Below, in pieces: positions 9,102 through 17,668 of a stretch of DNA of 26,770 nucleotides (position 1 is the first letter of the stretch; the number at the start of each line of letters is the position of its first letter). This DNA comes from a virus. Its lineage: Duplodnaviria > Caudoviricetes. The translations under genes were made by a program, and so were the position numbers. The notes beneath the pieces are model-generated. The model was given only the letters and a program-made list of their open reading frames with translations. It did no database searches and was not told where the DNA came from. The stretch is taken from IMG/VR virus record IMGVR_UViG_3300009151_000314, positions 1 through 26,770 of that record, one strand, 5' to 3'.

Positions 9102-9857
9102 ATGGACAAAACTTATAAATCAATTTTTATTTCTGACATACATTTAGGAACAAGAGGATGTAAAGCAGATATTCTTTGTGACTTTCTCAAACACAATAAG
9201 TCAGAGAATTTGTTCCTAGTCGGAGACATCATTGATGGCTGGAGATTAGAACGTAAGTTCTATTGGCCGCAGAGTCATAGTAACGTCATTCGCCGTATTC
9301 TAACAGCAGCCAAACGAGGCACTAATGTTGTATACATTGTGGGTAACCATGATGAAGCACTAAGAAAGGTTTTACCCTTTGGTATATCTTTTGGTGAAAT
9401 TGAATTAAAGAATCATTATAGGTACAATGCTGTTGATGGCAAAACTTATTTGGTTATACACGGCGACTTGTTTGATACCGCAATCCGTAATAAATTGAGG
9501 TTCCTTTATCATTTGGGTGACTTAATTTATGATCGTTTATTAGATCTGAATCATGTGGTGAATTGGTTTAGAAAGAAATTCGGTCTCAAGTATTGGAGTT
9601 TGAGTGCGTATTTAAAAGGTAAGACAAAGGAAGCTGTTGCTTTTATGTCCGACTTTGAAAACTTGATTGCTGAGTATTGCACAAAGAAAAAAGCAGACGG
9701 AATTATCTGTGGCCACATTCACCATGCTGACATTAAAGATATTAATGGCATCACATATATGAATGATGGAGATTGGGTAGAAAGTTGTACAGCATTAGTC
9801 GAGCATTATGACGGCAAATGGGAAATTATTTACTGGAATGAAAAGCGTGGAACATAA
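9102..9857 (+). CDS. metallophosphoesterase of the LpxH/YbbF family, PlcP (phospholipase C)-like
   Basis: SDIHLG, GDIIDGW, GNHD, IHGD, CGHIH and NDGDWVESCTALVE motifs; YWPQ and YWSLS segments match the PlcP-type subgroup. Confidence 0.85.
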   Translation: MDKTYKSIFISDIHLGTRGCKADILCDFLKHNKSENLFLVGDIIDGWRLERKFYWPQSHSNVIRRILTAAKRGTNVVYIVGNHDEALRKVLPFGISFGEIELKNHYRYNAVDGKTYLVIHGDLFDTAIRNKLRFLYHLGDLIYDRLLDLNHVVNWFRKKFGLKYWSLSAYLKGKTKEAVAFMSDFENLIAEYCTKKKADGIICGHIHHADIKDINGITYMNDGDWVESCTALVEHYDGKWEIIYWNEKRGT

Positions 9858-9896
9858 TTATAGAACACTTCCCAGGCATTGCAAAGGCGCTAAATT

Positions 9897-10199
9897 ATGA
9901 ATGAATTGGACAAGTTAAAAGCATTCTATGAGGAAGTAAAATCTCTTACACTAAATCACGCAGTTGTCGATGACACTGCTGTTGTATTTCCAAGCGATCT
10001 TGGTCGTGCTTTAGAAAAGATTGATCCTACATGGTTTAATCAAGGCACTTTTGAAGTCAAAGAAAGTGATGATGGAGAAGCATATATACAACTTCCTATT
10101 GAGATGATCGAAGAATTGGGATGGAATACAAAAACGCCTCTCGAGTGGACTGAAAATGATGACGGAACAATCTCTCTAACAAAAGTAGAAGAAAAATAA
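9897..10199 (+). CDS. protein with C-terminal AbrB/MazE-like DNA-binding domain
   Basis: YIQLPIEMIEELGW...LEW..DGTISLTK swapped-hairpin pattern. Confidence 0.65.
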   Translation: MNELDKLKAFYEEVKSLTLNHAVVDDTAVVFPSDLGRALEKIDPTWFNQGTFEVKESDDGEAYIQLPIEMIEELGWNTKTPLEWTENDDGTISLTKVEEK

Positions 10200-10414
10200 T
10201 GGCAATACCCTATACCGCTATTTTTTATCAGGGCGATCTAGAAATAGGTTCGACTCAAGGTACGTTTAGCGATGACATAGATCCCCCAATTGGCGCTGAT
10301 GGTTTACTTGCATACTTCAGAAGCGGTGGATTGGCAGCGGCTGCTTTACATGTTGAAAACTGGACACGATTAACAGTTATGGTAAACGAGCAAAATTACA
10401 ACTATAATAGATAA
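10199..10414 (+). CDS. hypothetical protein
   Basis: TAATG coupling to the upstream gene; fills the gap before the RNR gene. Confidence 0.55.
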   Translation: MAIPYTAIFYQGDLEIGSTQGTFSDDIDPPIGADGLLAYFRSGGLAAAALHVENWTRLTVMVNEQNYNYNR

Positions 10415-10430
10415 TAAGGATTAGTATAAA

Positions 10431-12317
10431 ATGGCAACAGATCTTCCTTCAGTATACCAACAGTATATTGCAATTAGTCGGTACGCTAGGTTCATTGACG
10501 AAGCAGGCCGTAGAGAAACATGGAACGAAACAGTTAATCGATACATAAAATATTTTCAAACTCGTACAAATAATAATAAAAAGGTGCCTTGGGAAGAGCT
10601 TCGCACAGCAATTTTAAATCTTGAGGTTATGCCGTCGATGCGCTGCCTCATGACAGCAGGTGAAGCGCTCGACAAAGATAATGTAGCAGGATACAACTGC
10701 TCATATATTACTGTTGACAGCCCCAAGTCTTTTGATGAGATCATGTACGTTCTTATGTGTGGCACTGGCGTTGGATTCTCAGTAGAGTCACGCTATACCA
10801 ATAAGTTGCCAGAAGTGCCTGATGAACTTCATGATACGGATACGACCATTATCTTTAAGGATAGTAAGATTGGTTGGGCAAGCGGATATCGTGAATTTGT
10901 TTCACTCTTATATTCAGGTAAGATTGCTCAGTGGGACGTATCTAAAATACGTGTTGCAGGTGAACGCTTAAAAACATTCGGTGGTCGTTCATCAGGTCCT
11001 GAGCCTTTGGTTGACTTGCTTAAATTTACATTAAACATTTTTCAAAAAGCACATGGTCGCAAGTTGACCACACTGGAGTGTCATGACATCGTTTGTAAAA
11101 TCGCTGACATCGTTGTTTGTGGCGGGGTTCGTCGTTCTGCTCTTATTTCCCTTTCCGATCTTAACGATGATCATATTCGCAATGCTAAATCTGGCAGTTG
11201 GTGGTTGGCTGATGGGCAACGTGCACTAGCAAACAACAGGGCTGTGTATGAGCAGAAGCCAGATATGGATACATTCATGAAAGAATGGACTGCTTTGTAT
11301 ATGTCAAAGTCGGGTGAGAGAGGAATCTTTTCTCGTGCAGCGTCACAAGCAGCGGCGGCTAAGTATGGTCGCCGTGATGATAGTCTTGACTATGGTACGA
11401 ATCCATGCTCAGAAATTATTTTGCGTCCTTATCAGTTTTGCAATTTATCAGAGGTTGTAGTTCGTGCAACAGACACACCGGGCGATTTAGTTCGCAAAGC
11501 ACGACTTGCAACAATTCTAGGTACATTGCAATCCACACTATCTGACTTTCGTTATATTAATAAGAAGTGGAAGAACAACACCGAAGAAGAACGTTTGCTT
11601 GGCGTATCCCTCACAGGTATTTGTGATCACAAATTACTTAACACACCATCAGAAGAATTGCCAGATATTCTTGCAACCATTCGTGAGAATTGTGTTAGAG
11701 TGAATAAAGAATTTGCCAAGATCCTTGGAGTAGAAGAATCTGCTGCTGTCACTTGTGTAAAGCCTTCTGGTACCGTATCACAGTTAGTAAATTCTGCTTC
11801 AGGCATTCATCCTCGTTATTCACAATATTATATTCGCCGTGTCCGTGCAGATAAGAAAGATCCTCTTGCGAATTTTATGATCTCAAAAGGCTACACAGCA
11901 GAAGAGGACTTCTATGCCAAGAGCAATTGGGTATTCAGTTTCCCAATGAAAGCACCTGATGGCGCTATGCTAACAAAAGATGTGTCTGCTATCAAGCAAC
12001 TTGAGTTGTGGAAAATCTATCAAGATCATTGGTGCGAGCATAAGCCATCAATCACTGTGTTCGTAGGTGATGATGAATGGATGGAAGTTGGCGCATGGGT
12101 CTATAAAAACATGGCAACACTATCTGGCGTATCATTCCTACCTCGTGATACAGGATCCTATCGTCAGGCGCCGTATGAAGAGATTGATGAGGCACAGTAC
12201 AATACATTTGTCGCGGCCCAAGCAACAAAGATTGACTGGACTGAATTCAAAGAAGAAACTGATACCACAACAAGCGCAAAAGAACTTGCATGTTCTGCAG
12301 GATCGTGCGAACTTTAA
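10431..12317 (+). CDS. nrdJ: class II (adenosylcobalamin-dependent) ribonucleotide reductase
   Basis: RRETW, PSMR, YNCSY, GTGVGFS, GGVRRSA, TNPCSEI, QFCNL, TCVKPSGT, EHKPS and C-terminal C.AG.C redox motif. Confidence 0.95.
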   Translation: MATDLPSVYQQYIAISRYARFIDEAGRRETWNETVNRYIKYFQTRTNNNKKVPWEELRTAILNLEVMPSMRCLMTAGEALDKDNVAGYNCSYITVDSPKSFDEIMYVLMCGTGVGFSVESRYTNKLPEVPDELHDTDTTIIFKDSKIGWASGYREFVSLLYSGKIAQWDVSKIRVAGERLKTFGGRSSGPEPLVDLLKFTLNIFQKAHGRKLTTLECHDIVCKIADIVVCGGVRRSALISLSDLNDDHIRNAKSGSWWLADGQRALANNRAVYEQKPDMDTFMKEWTALYMSKSGERGIFSRAASQAAAAKYGRRDDSLDYGTNPCSEIILRPYQFCNLSEVVVRATDTPGDLVRKARLATILGTLQSTLSDFRYINKKWKNNTEEERLLGVSLTGICDHKLLNTPSEELPDILATIRENCVRVNKEFAKILGVEESAAVTCVKPSGTVSQLVNSASGIHPRYSQYYIRRVRADKKDPLANFMISKGYTAEEDFYAKSNWVFSFPMKAPDGAMLTKDVSAIKQLELWKIYQDHWCEHKPSITVFVGDDEWMEVGAWVYKNMATLSGVSFLPRDTGSYRQAPYEEIDEAQYNTFVAAQATKIDWTEFKEETDTTTSAKELACSAGSCEL

Positions 12318-12350
12318 TTTTTAAAACATTAAAGAATAAGAAGTCTTCTA

Positions 12351-12358
12351 TATAAATA
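12351..12358 (+). promoter_or_regulatory. T4-type late promoter
   Basis: Exact TATAAATA in an intergenic position. Confidence 0.75.
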
Positions 12359-12443
12359 ATAAGGATGACAAATCAGTTTCATAGCTGATAATTTCAATAT
12401 GCGACCTGTGTATATTTCGTCGCAACCATAAGGAATTATAGCC

Positions 12444-12887
12444 ATGGATATTATCCGTACTGCGGACTTATATGATTTGGATTCAATTTATCGTATGGAA
12501 CAGGAAAGTTTTCCTGCACACATAGTATATTCCAAGAAAGAACTCATCAAAGCAGTAAAAGATGAAAAGGTTTATTGCTTTGAAGTAGATTCTATGTGTG
12601 TAGGATATGTCTGGATAGAACTCACCCCGTCTGATCAATCAGCTTACATTGAAAGCATTGCTATTGCTTTAGCCCATCGTGGCAAAGGCTTGGGTGAGAA
12701 ATTGCTAGTTAAAACATTTGACATGCTTCTTGATAAGAATGTATTGTCTTGTTATCTACATGTAAGCTCACAAAATAAATCTGCTGTAAAACTTTATAAG
12801 AAACATGACTTCATCAAGATTGATTATATAGAGCAATTCTATAGCGATACTGACCATGCATATTTGATGGAAAAACTATTCGTATGA
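12444..12887 (+). CDS. RimI-like GNAT N-acetyltransferase
   Basis: IESIAI..AHRGKGLG (acetyl-CoA motif A), LHV...N..A.KLY.K.DF, YSD..HAYLM. Confidence 0.88.
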   Translation: MDIIRTADLYDLDSIYRMEQESFPAHIVYSKKELIKAVKDEKVYCFEVDSMCVGYVWIELTPSDQSAYIESIAIALAHRGKGLGEKLLVKTFDMLLDKNVLSCYLHVSSQNKSAVKLYKKHDFIKIDYIEQFYSDTDHAYLMEKLFV

Positions 12888-12919
12888 TTTCGGGCATGTG
12901 ATAGCCCTATCATTTTTTT
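12884..12919 (+). terminator. possible weak terminator/attenuator hairpin
   Basis: ATGAT..GGGC / GCCC.ATCAT stem followed by a T run. Confidence 0.4.
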
Positions 12920-12964
12920 AATAACTTTGCTATGAGGAGGAAATAAAAAGGAGTTAAAAGGACG

Positions 12965-13660
12965 ATGAAAACCAAAATAAATCATATTTTCGGCAGTGTC
13001 GCTGAAAATGATTTACAGGTTTGTAAGCTTACATTAGATCTAGAAAATTCAACAGAACAAGAAGCACTAGAGTCAGGTTGGCTCATTGCAGACAGTAAGT
13101 GGTACACTTCTAGATCTGTTCGAATCAATGTTGATGCTTACAGAAAAACGCCTAAGATGTCTAAACAATACACGGTGTCTTATCAGGATAAACTAGATAC
13201 AGCGGACGAAGTCAAATTAGTATATGCTAAGTTTATTAATAAGATGCAACTTAAAACGTTATACAAAATAGACAATGATTTAGAAAGGACGAGTTGGATA
13301 TTAGTACGTAATGCATCAGGGAACCTAGTTGCATTTTCAAAGATGCTCAATTACGATACAGGACTAGAGACACAATTTACTGCTCTGGATTATTCAGACC
13401 CCAAGGCATCGATTGGAACTCGTCTAGTTTCATACGAAGTTGCTTTAGCTAAAAAGAAGAATTTGAAACATCTTTATATCGGATCTGGATACGGAGGGGG
13501 TGCTACATACAAAGCATCATTTAGCGGGTTCGAGTGGTGGACAGGAAGTTGTTGGTCTGCAGACATTGATAAATATATTCAGATATGTTTGAGAGACGAA
13601 TCTATAAAGACATTGCAACAACTATCTGGATTAATGAATGAAACTGCCGAAAGTACATAG
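12965..13660 (+). CDS. Bpt/ATE1-like aminoacyl-tRNA:protein transferase
   Basis: EALESGW..SRSVRI N-terminal part; DY.DPKASIGT....EV..AK..NLKHLYIG.....YKA.F..FEW matches the ATE C-terminal GNAT-fold pattern. Confidence 0.7.
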   Translation: MKTKINHIFGSVAENDLQVCKLTLDLENSTEQEALESGWLIADSKWYTSRSVRINVDAYRKTPKMSKQYTVSYQDKLDTADEVKLVYAKFINKMQLKTLYKIDNDLERTSWILVRNASGNLVAFSKMLNYDTGLETQFTALDYSDPKASIGTRLVSYEVALAKKKNLKHLYIGSGYGGGATYKASFSGFEWWTGSCWSADIDKYIQICLRDESIKTLQQLSGLMNETAEST

Positions 13661-14132
13661 TTTTAAAGTGCATACAATGCTTACCGATCCTAAGTTCATT
13701 AAACGAATGGCAGGGTCGGTAAGTGTTATTAAAAAATATGATATTCCCTATGTTGCAGGATATTCAAAAGACGGCAAGCACGTATACATTGATAGACACG
13801 TAATACTTAAAATGAATGGCATCGACATTGCAAAGTATATCGTACTTCATGAGCATGTAGAAAAATCTCTTATGGATCTTTTTAATCTCAAATACCAACA
13901 AGCTCATCACATTGCGCTTTCAATAGAACATGCGTCTGTAATAGAAGATGGTGTAGATTGGGATGCCTATAGCAAACACATAGATAAGTATACAAAAAAG
14001 TTGAGTCATGAAGACCTAACACACTCTCCTCCTGATCTTGATTTGTCTCCGTATAAAGACGAAAAAGAATTGCCGATATTTCTAAGGAAACACAACAAAC
14101 ATGAGTTATCAAAATCTTCTAACAATTCGTAA
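13638..14132 (+). CDS. HExxE zincin-like metal-binding protein (putative metallopeptidase)
   Basis: DIPYVAGYS.DG..VYIDRH; LHEHVEK...YQQAHHIA. Confidence 0.55.
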   Translation: MKLPKVHSFKVHTMLTDPKFIKRMAGSVSVIKKYDIPYVAGYSKDGKHVYIDRHVILKMNGIDIAKYIVLHEHVEKSLMDLFNLKYQQAHHIALSIEHASVIEDGVDWDAYSKHIDKYTKKLSHEDLTHSPPDLDLSPYKDEKELPIFLRKHNKHELSKSSNNS

Positions 14133-14739
14133 TGAAGATATTGATGGAGAAACAAACTGGACATGGGTCGCTACAGATACGGGAGCATGGGACGGCCCAA
14201 AGCACGACTGGATTCATTCTCATAAAGAAAAGTTTCTAAAATATCTTAGAAAGCACGATGTAGTAGTCACCGCAGGTGCCAATTGCGGAATGTACGCAAG
14301 GCTTTACGCAAAACTATTTAAAACAGTGTATGCCTTTGAACCCGATCCTTTAAACTTTCATTGCCTTGTCAATAACACACAGTTTGACAACGTGATTAAA
14401 ATGCAGTGTGCATTAGGTTCTACAAACAAATTAATTACACTCAACAGAGCAAGTATGACAAACGTGGGATGCTATCAGATTGACGGATCTGCTTTTGTTA
14501 CAAACCCTGTTATACCTATGATCACTATTGATTCATTAAATTTGGCCGGGTGTGATTTATTGCAATTAGACGTAGAACTATACGAATTAAATGTGTTGCA
14601 TGGTGCGGTTGAAACCATCAAAAAGTATCAACCTGTTATTACAGCTGAAAATGGAATCTTGTGTAAGGATTTATTATTGCAATTAGGATATAAACAAATT
14701 GACCAGTCGGGTGCAGACATTATATATACTGCGTGGTAA
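14101..14739 (+). CDS. FkbM-family SAM-dependent methyltransferase
   Basis: AGANCG.Y, VYAFEPDP.NF, ITIDSL.L..CDLLQLDVE.YE..VL.GA..TI....PVI. Confidence 0.9.
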   Translation: MSYQNLLTIRNEDIDGETNWTWVATDTGAWDGPKHDWIHSHKEKFLKYLRKHDVVVTAGANCGMYARLYAKLFKTVYAFEPDPLNFHCLVNNTQFDNVIKMQCALGSTNKLITLNRASMTNVGCYQIDGSAFVTNPVIPMITIDSLNLAGCDLLQLDVELYELNVLHGAVETIKKYQPVITAENGILCKDLLLQLGYKQIDQSGADIIYTAW

Positions 14740-14761
14740 ATATATTTAATAGGAGATTATT

Positions 14762-14938
14762 ATGTCCGATTGGAATACCTGTGATGTTTGTGAAGCAGAA
14801 TATAAAGTGGTTACGGCGTTAAATAGCATACCGCTGTATTGTCCTTTGTGTGGTACTGAAGCTTCAGATGTTGAAGACTCTGACGATTGGAGCGACGAGT
14901 ATTCAGAAGACGACGAGCGTCCAGTAGACGACGAATAA
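14762..14938 (+). CDS. small zinc-ribbon protein with acidic tail (not in ORF track)
   Basis: AGGAG RBS; MSDWNTCDVCEAEY...YCPLCG...DDE, 58 aa; TAATG coupling to the next gene. Confidence 0.75.
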   Translation: MSDWNTCDVCEAEYKVVTALNSIPLYCPLCGTEASDVEDSDDWSDEYSEDDERPVDDE

Positions 14939-15372
14939 TGTCTGACTTATCTCCATGGACATGGAGGGGTCATCCGTTTACAGAAAATGATGTTGGTAGT
15001 TGGTTTGGGTTCGTCTATGAGATAACAAATATCATCACCGGCAAGCGGTACATCGGGCGCAAGTATTTTTACTCTACAAATAGAGTCAAACAAAGGGGTA
15101 AGAAAAACAGGAAGATTGTACGCAAGCAATCTGACTGGCAAAAGTATTACGGTAGTTCAAAGACGCTTATTGCAGACATTGAACTACATGGTAAAGAGAA
15201 CTTCAAAAGAGAGATACTATCATTGCACGAAGGTCGTGGTGATGTCAACTATCATGAGTTAAAAGAACAGATCGTAAGAGACGTTTTAAATGATGATACT
15301 TACTACAATGACAATATCTTCACTAGGTTCTTTAGAAAGAAAAACAAAACAAAGTCTGCGTTCAAAGAATGA
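14938..15372 (+). CDS. GIY-YIG endonuclease (T4 endonuclease II/DenA-like)
   Basis: GFVYEITN..TGKRYIGRK, SDWQKYYGSS, FKREIL, YYNDNI; start reassigned to ATG 14938. Confidence 0.85.
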   Translation: MSDLSPWTWRGHPFTENDVGSWFGFVYEITNIITGKRYIGRKYFYSTNRVKQRGKKNRKIVRKQSDWQKYYGSSKTLIADIELHGKENFKREILSLHEGRGDVNYHELKEQIVRDVLNDDTYYNDNIFTRFFRKKNKTKSAFKE

Positions 15373-15605
15373 AACGTTGTATTATACTCTTTTCATTGTT
15401 GCTTACTTCTTGTGCATCGATAAATATACATGAGATTGTAAATGGTGTTACGTTTTCTGATGGTAGTAGGTTAAAAATAACACCAGGATGTGATTTTTCA
15501 CACTTTGACATTACTGCGCCGGTTACTACAGAATGGGTATTAGAAAACTGCAAACAGATTAATTTTTCTTACATTTTCAATCCAACCTTTTCTGCTGCCT
15601 GGTAA
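15369..15605 (+). CDS. putative lipoprotein
   Basis: MKR + hydrophobic stretch + LTSC lipobox. Confidence 0.6.
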   Translation: MKRCIILFSLLLTSCASINIHEIVNGVTFSDGSRLKITPGCDFSHFDITAPVTTEWVLENCKQINFSYIFNPTFSAAW

Positions 15606-15609
15606 ATAC

Positions 15610-15617
15610 TATAAATA
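15610..15617 (+). promoter_or_regulatory. T4-type late promoter
   Basis: TATAAATA followed by a GAGCAG/CTGCTC leader hairpin. Confidence 0.75.
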
Positions 15618-15658
15618 GTGGTATGAGCAGAATCCTGCTCCCACCCCGGAGATAAAAT

Positions 15659-16006
15659 ATGTCAATTCTTTCAGATATCGTTGCAGAAGCAATTACCCTC
15701 GAGCACAAACTATTGGCTGCCTTTGAGTCAAGCCCTGTTGGTAAGATGATTGAAGATGATTTCAAGGCTGCAATCAAAGAACTAGAATCAGTTGCCGCAC
15801 ATGACTTAATGCTTGCTGTTAAGACAATCGGCATCGCTATTCTAGAAACCTTGGCAACTAGTGGCGGAAACACATCTGCTGCCATTGCCGCGGGTATCGC
15901 TGCTGCTGGTCCTGCATTTAAGGCGGCAGAAGCTGATATTTCACAAAAGACAGTAACAACACTTGTTGGCACCGTTGTCAATCAGTTAGCAGTTGTTGCT
16001 AAATAA
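15659..16006 (+). CDS. Ala-rich late hypothetical protein
   Basis: GGAG RBS; lies downstream of a late promoter. Confidence 0.7.
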   Translation: MSILSDIVAEAITLEHKLLAAFESSPVGKMIEDDFKAAIKELESVAAHDLMLAVKTIGIAILETLATSGGNTSAAIAAGIAAAGPAFKAAEADISQKTVTTLVGTVVNQLAVVAK

Positions 16007-16027
16007 CAAAGTAAATAGGAGATTATT

Positions 16028-16222
16028 ATGGATAAAGTATTAGGTGCATTTAAGTCAAAGACAGTCTGGTTTGGATTGGGTCTTGCTGTTCTTTCATGGG
16101 CGCAAAATGCATTGGGTAGTTCAGGTCTTACACCAGATCAAATGGGTGTTGCTGGTACAGTTATTGGCGCAGCGATTATCTGGTTGCGTTCTGTAACTAG
16201 CGTACCACTCGAGCATAAGTAA
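16028..16222 (+). CDS. small two-TM membrane protein (holin-like)
   Basis: AGGAG RBS; KSKTVWF + TM1, TM2, LR..T..PL..K; late operon. Confidence 0.6.
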   Translation: MDKVLGAFKSKTVWFGLGLAVLSWAQNALGSSGLTPDQMGVAGTVIGAAIIWLRSVTSVPLEHK

Positions 16223-16246
16223 GAAATCTACGCTTTTTAGTAGATT

Positions 16247-16274
16247 AAAAGCCTCCTTAACCGGGGGCTTTTTT
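16247..16274 (+). terminator. rho-independent terminator
   Basis: AAAAGCCTCC-TTAACC-GGGGGCTTTTTT. Confidence 0.85.
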
Positions 16275-16285
16275 ATGGCCGATGC

Positions 16286-16378
16286 TAACTGCTTGATTTT
16301 AAAATGATTAAAGTTCTTGCATTTAATAGCCTCTTTTGTTATTATTAATACATGATGAATAACAAGGCAAAGCAAATG
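16286..16378 (+). repeat. early promoter cassette copy 1 (IHF-like site + sigma70 promoter)
   Basis: TAACTGCTTGATT (16286-98); TTGCAT (16317-22), 17 nt, TATTAT (16340-45); then ATGATGAATAAC. Confidence 0.8.
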
Positions 16379-16744
16379 AAGAAGTACAAAGTACACCAGA
16401 TTCAGATCTCAAACGAGATCCATGATGACGTTAACCGCTTAGGTCATGCAGGGGCTGCTAAGAAGTATCCAGCTTATGAGGCTCACATGGCTGTCAGTTT
16501 TCGCGGTAGCGAAAAATTCGAAACCCGCTTCTTAGAGCACTATGCTGTGGTAGCCGAGATCGATGCCGAGAACCTCGAGCAGGTGTTTGAGATCGGCAAC
16601 ATCTGGCCAGAAAAAGGCCTAACTCTAATTCGCCAGATGCATAGCATCTCGGTGGGTGACATTGTGGAACTGAAAGGTCAATACTTCATGGTTGATCAAA
16701 TAGGCTTCACTTCCCTTAGCCCATTGTACGTAGAGCGAGTATAA
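16352..16744 (+). CDS. YodL-like domain early protein (alternative start 16376)
   Basis: LEQVFEIGN...MHSISVGDIVE...YFMVDQIGF. Confidence 0.7.
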   Translation: MMNNKAKQMKKYKVHQIQISNEIHDDVNRLGHAGAAKKYPAYEAHMAVSFRGSEKFETRFLEHYAVVAEIDAENLEQVFEIGNIWPEKGLTLIRQMHSISVGDIVELKGQYFMVDQIGFTSLSPLYVERV

Positions 16745-16748
16745 GCAC

Positions 16749-16892
16749 ATGAGAATGTACCAGCTTAAACAAGCGCTAACAGAAGAGCTAATTCTCCTCT
16801 GTGAAGTGCGGGGTGAACTAGATGAGCTCAGCAATGAGCGTAATGAAAATAGAATTGCTCTTATTACCCAAAAACTGAAGGAACTCGAATGA
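16749..16892 (+). CDS. small hypothetical protein (47 aa, not in ORF track)
   Basis: MRMYQLKQALTEELILLCEVRGEL...; ATGA overlap with the next ORF. Confidence 0.55.
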   Translation: MRMYQLKQALTEELILLCEVRGELDELSNERNENRIALITQKLKELE

Positions 16893-17116
16893 GACATCCA
16901 TACCATATGTCTAAGACGGGTGAAATTTATTTTAATTTAGAAAACTCCCGATATCTTATGTCTGAAACAGGCAATGGGGGAGACGCTAAATGGTCTGCTG
17001 TTAATATCAAAGATTTGAGCATTCTTGATGGTACGATTAATGATAATGCCCTTGAAGGCCTAGGCAAAAGTTGTAATGAAGCTTTTAAAAACTTGAGAAA
17101 CTTGGAGTTAATATAA
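16889..17116 (+). CDS. hypothetical protein
   Basis: Translationally coupled on both sides. Confidence 0.55.
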   Translation: MRHPYHMSKTGEIYFNLENSRYLMSETGNGGDAKWSAVNIKDLSILDGTINDNALEGLGKSCNEAFKNLRNLELI

Positions 17117-17493
17117 TGGGTGTTTATCAATACACTATGCGAAAAGACGTCAAGGAAGTTGACAATATGAAAGTCGGTCGGTTCGCTTTTTCCTATAAAC
17201 ATGGGCGTGACTGGCAACCTGGCGGCGAAACTGGTATCTACCGAAACGGTAAGAACATCAGCAACCGCCTTGTGTTGCTAGCGGAAGCACATGCTAAAAA
17301 GGCCCGTGAGAAGTTGCCGGACATTGAGTATGTTGTGATTGCTGATTCCTTTAAGGATGCCGCACGCTACGAACTGCCAGTATATGTTGTTCCACAGGAC
17401 ATGTACCAGTTCACAGAAGAACTTTATGATGCTCCAGTGGGCTTTCTTATTTTAAAAGATAAGAAGTTTTCCTTCAGACCGATAACTGCTTGA
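17116..17493 (+). CDS. hypothetical early protein
   Basis: GGAG RBS; its stop codon lies inside cassette copy 2. Confidence 0.65.
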   Translation: MGVYQYTMRKDVKEVDNMKVGRFAFSYKHGRDWQPGGETGIYRNGKNISNRLVLLAEAHAKKAREKLPDIEYVVIADSFKDAARYELPVYVVPQDMYQFTEELYDAPVGFLILKDKKFSFRPITA

Positions 17494-17575
17494 TTCTAGG
17501 TTGAATTTAGTTCTTGCAATTAAATCACTATTTTGTTATTATTAATAAATGATGAATAACATGGAAATAAAGATG
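17483..17575 (+). repeat. early promoter cassette copy 2
   Basis: TAACTGCTTGATT (17483-95); TTGCAA (17514-19), 17 nt, TATTAT (17537-42); ATGATGAATAAC at 17549. Confidence 0.85.
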
Positions 17576-17668
17576 TTGGAAAGAATGACAGATGCCTTCG
17601 AGGATAATCTTGGGGCGATTCTGATTGGTGTGATTATTGGTATGATTTTTATGGGACTAATATCATGA
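17549..17668 (+). CDS. small single-TM protein (39 aa, not in ORF track)
   Basis: MMNNMEIKMLERMTDAFEDNLGAILIGVIIGMIFMGLIS. Confidence 0.55.
   Translation: MMNNMEIKMLERMTDAFEDNLGAILIGVIIGMIFMGLIS

Noticed and set aside
14938-15372. Mobile homing endonuclease / intron
   Set aside because: It is short, has no DNA-binding tail and does not interrupt a gene; it matches the core DenA-like type.
14748-16030. Identical 17-mer AATAGGAGATTATTATG at 14748 and 16014 as a mobile-element boundary
   Set aside because: It consists only of SD + spacer + ATG, so it is most simply a reused translation-initiation signal.
16225-16246. AATCTAC..GTAGATT hairpin resembling a Cas12a repeat (solitary repeat / RNA anti-CRISPR)
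   Set aside because: Single copy, loop too long, no AATTTCTAC handle and no spacers. More likely an ordinary 3' UTR hairpin before the terminator.
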